The notes beneath the pieces were generated by a model, which was given only the letters and a program-made list of their open reading frames with translations, searched no databases and was not told the DNA's origin. A DNA stretch of 64,000 nt, taken from NCBI RefSeq assembly GCF_036321535.1, contig NC_087437.1, positions 45,138,001 through 45,202,000 of the forward strand, read 5' to 3'. Numbering within the stretch: position 1 is the first letter of the stretch; each line of letters starts with the position of its first letter. This document shows, piece after piece, positions 61,976 through 64,000 of this stretch. Origin of the DNA: Camelus dromedarius (taxonomy: Eukaryota). The translations under genes were made by a program, and so were the position numbers.

Positions 61976-63711
61976 TGGGGTTAGACTCAAAGTATTTGTT
62001 CCACTTGTGAGCTTTACAGAATTCTAACTTTCAAAACAGAAATTTCTAAATTTAGTTTTATCTATTATCTTAAAGAATGTTAAAAAAAACCCATAAAAAC
62101 CTTTCAAATGCATATAGGCTGCTATAACTCCCAGAGGATTTCAAATGCCTGCCCTAAAAATGATACAAATATTTTATTTTCTGGAAAATGAGGTTCTGAA
62201 ACACAGAAAATTATAAATTTTCCACCTACCTTATCCCCTTTTTTCATATACCTTTCCTCTTTACTGAATGAATTAAGTTATGTAAACGCATCATTCCAAA
62301 TACAAGTCAGTCAGCATCACTTGGAATAAATACATGAAAAATACATATGATGTAAATGAATTAATGGGGAAAGTATCTTATTAGTATTTCTGGTTACTGT
62401 GACACACATTAAAATTTGTTAGTTCTCAACCATCTTTAGAATAGATCTATTCTAACTTTCCCTCTACTGTATTCCATCAACTATTTATTTTGATAACTTT
62501 ATATTATAATCATTTTTATTGCCATCTCAAATTCAGTTTCTAATGCTGCAAGACAGAGAAAGAGCAAGAATGAATAAAAGACAGATGGGTGATGATGGAG
62601 CATCAAAGAGAGATTTGTTAGTTTCAGTCTCTTCTACACCCACTACATCCATCACTAGTGATATCCTGGTTCTAGCTTTTACATGCAGAGAACCTTCTCT
62701 TCGGTACCAAGTAATAATAAGGTCTTTACACTGTCATACTGTTAAGAAAGCCTACTGAATTTCCAGATGGGCTTGGGAAGGCAAATTCCTCAAGCATGAC
62801 CATAAATACGGCTCCCACATATGCTAAACCATGGCTAACTCTGACTTCTCTATGAATTATGAAGACACTGGAAACATTGTATGCCCAGCAACAGAGTGGA
62901 CAAAATAGAAATCAGAAACAATGTACACAGTCATCACAGTTTCATAAGTAACCGGTAAGACAAATAATACACTTTTCTGGATTTTATTCCATGATTCTTA
63001 CCTACTGGTAAAATTCTCTCCATCTACCTCACTTTCTATTTAAGGAGAAGTCCATTATTTCAAGTTGTACATTAGCTTCTCAATTTTTACCAACAAGTAT
63101 GTGATTAATACAATGAAAACTATATTCTGAATATTAAACTTACTCCATTAGGAGATGATCTATCAAAACAAACAGTAAAAAAATAAATAAATAAATTTGA
63201 GTCAACAATTTCAAAACTAACCAAGTTCTAGAATACTTGAATCAACAGTATTGAATATTGTATCTTCATTTGACTCCCAAAATTCTCTTTGGATATAAAG
63301 TTCAAAACAGTTAACTTGAACATCAAGAATATTTTACCTCATTGTCTTGGGCTCACTACATTCAATTTTAGTTCTTTGAAAAAATGATTATGTGTTGACA
63401 AGACCCTCCATAATCTGCCTGTTTTAATTCACTGTTTTGGCTTCCATAATTACTTTGTTTCTACACTTAACAGGTGACTTTACCTTTATAGCTGTGGTAT
63501 TAGCAGTAACATTCAATTAACACTCACACTGTGAGCTACAATTATACTTCACTAACACCTAACTTCTACCTTCTGCTCTCTTGCTAAATGGTCGCGAATG
63601 TAACAGCTAATCTCTTCTTTGCACTTAATAATATTCCCAAATTGAAAGAAAATTCGCATCTTTAGAAGAAGTGTGGAATATTCTTGGATAAACATAGTAT
63701 GTAAAGCAAGT

Positions 63712-63860
63712 TAATCTGTCAACTAACAAGTATTTATCGATCACCAATATCAGTGTCAGAATCTATAAGGCAGGCCAGTGGAAGATGAGAGAAGCATAGA
63801 TGAAGTTTTCCTATTCTCAAGAAACTTACCAACTAATAAAAAGGAGACTGCAAACATGTA
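63712..63860 (-). mobile_element. L2 3' tail fragment
   Basis: 'aacaagtatttatcgatcacc...ttttcctattctcaagaaacttacc'. Confidence 0.6.
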
Positions 63861-64000
63861 TTGAAACACTCATTATAGGAAAAGTAGGAAAATAAGATTT
63901 GTGTAACTAACTATTGTGTATATTTTCTTCTTGAAATTTTGTATGTTTACATTTTACCTTTAGAGATATTATCCATTTTGAGTAGTGCTCTCGGTTTTTG

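Noticed and set aside
1..64000. CRISPR arrays, operons, prokaryotic systems or a CpG-island promoter
   Set aside because: The sequence is mammalian and repeat-rich. I saw no repeat-spacer array, no dense ORFs and no CpG island.

Overview
AT-rich, CpG-depleted mammalian genomic DNA. It is most likely camelid (alpaca/llama/camel), because of a tRNA-derived vic-1-type SINE with a clean 13-bp target-site duplication and cetartiodactyl-type L1 ends. A large part of the window is decayed interspersed repeat: L1 of several ages, long L2 remnants, many MIRs, MaLR/ERVL/ERV1 solo LTRs and DNA-transposon MITEs (MER44, MER58, MER20-like, MADE2). I could not identify any host protein-coding exon. The only ORF-track entries with recognisable protein similarity are fragments of dead L1 ORF2. 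The window looks intergenic or deep-intronic. The points of most interest are a rearranged ~4.7-kb L1 composite (37.3-42.1 kb), several nested insertions, repeat-free blocks with candidate regulatory palindromes and CpG clusters, and some unproven splice-site-flanked mini-exon candidates. I found no convincing evidence of a novel biological system. Repeat subfamily names come from remembered consensus motifs, and boundaries are approximate unless a TSD or TIR is quoted.
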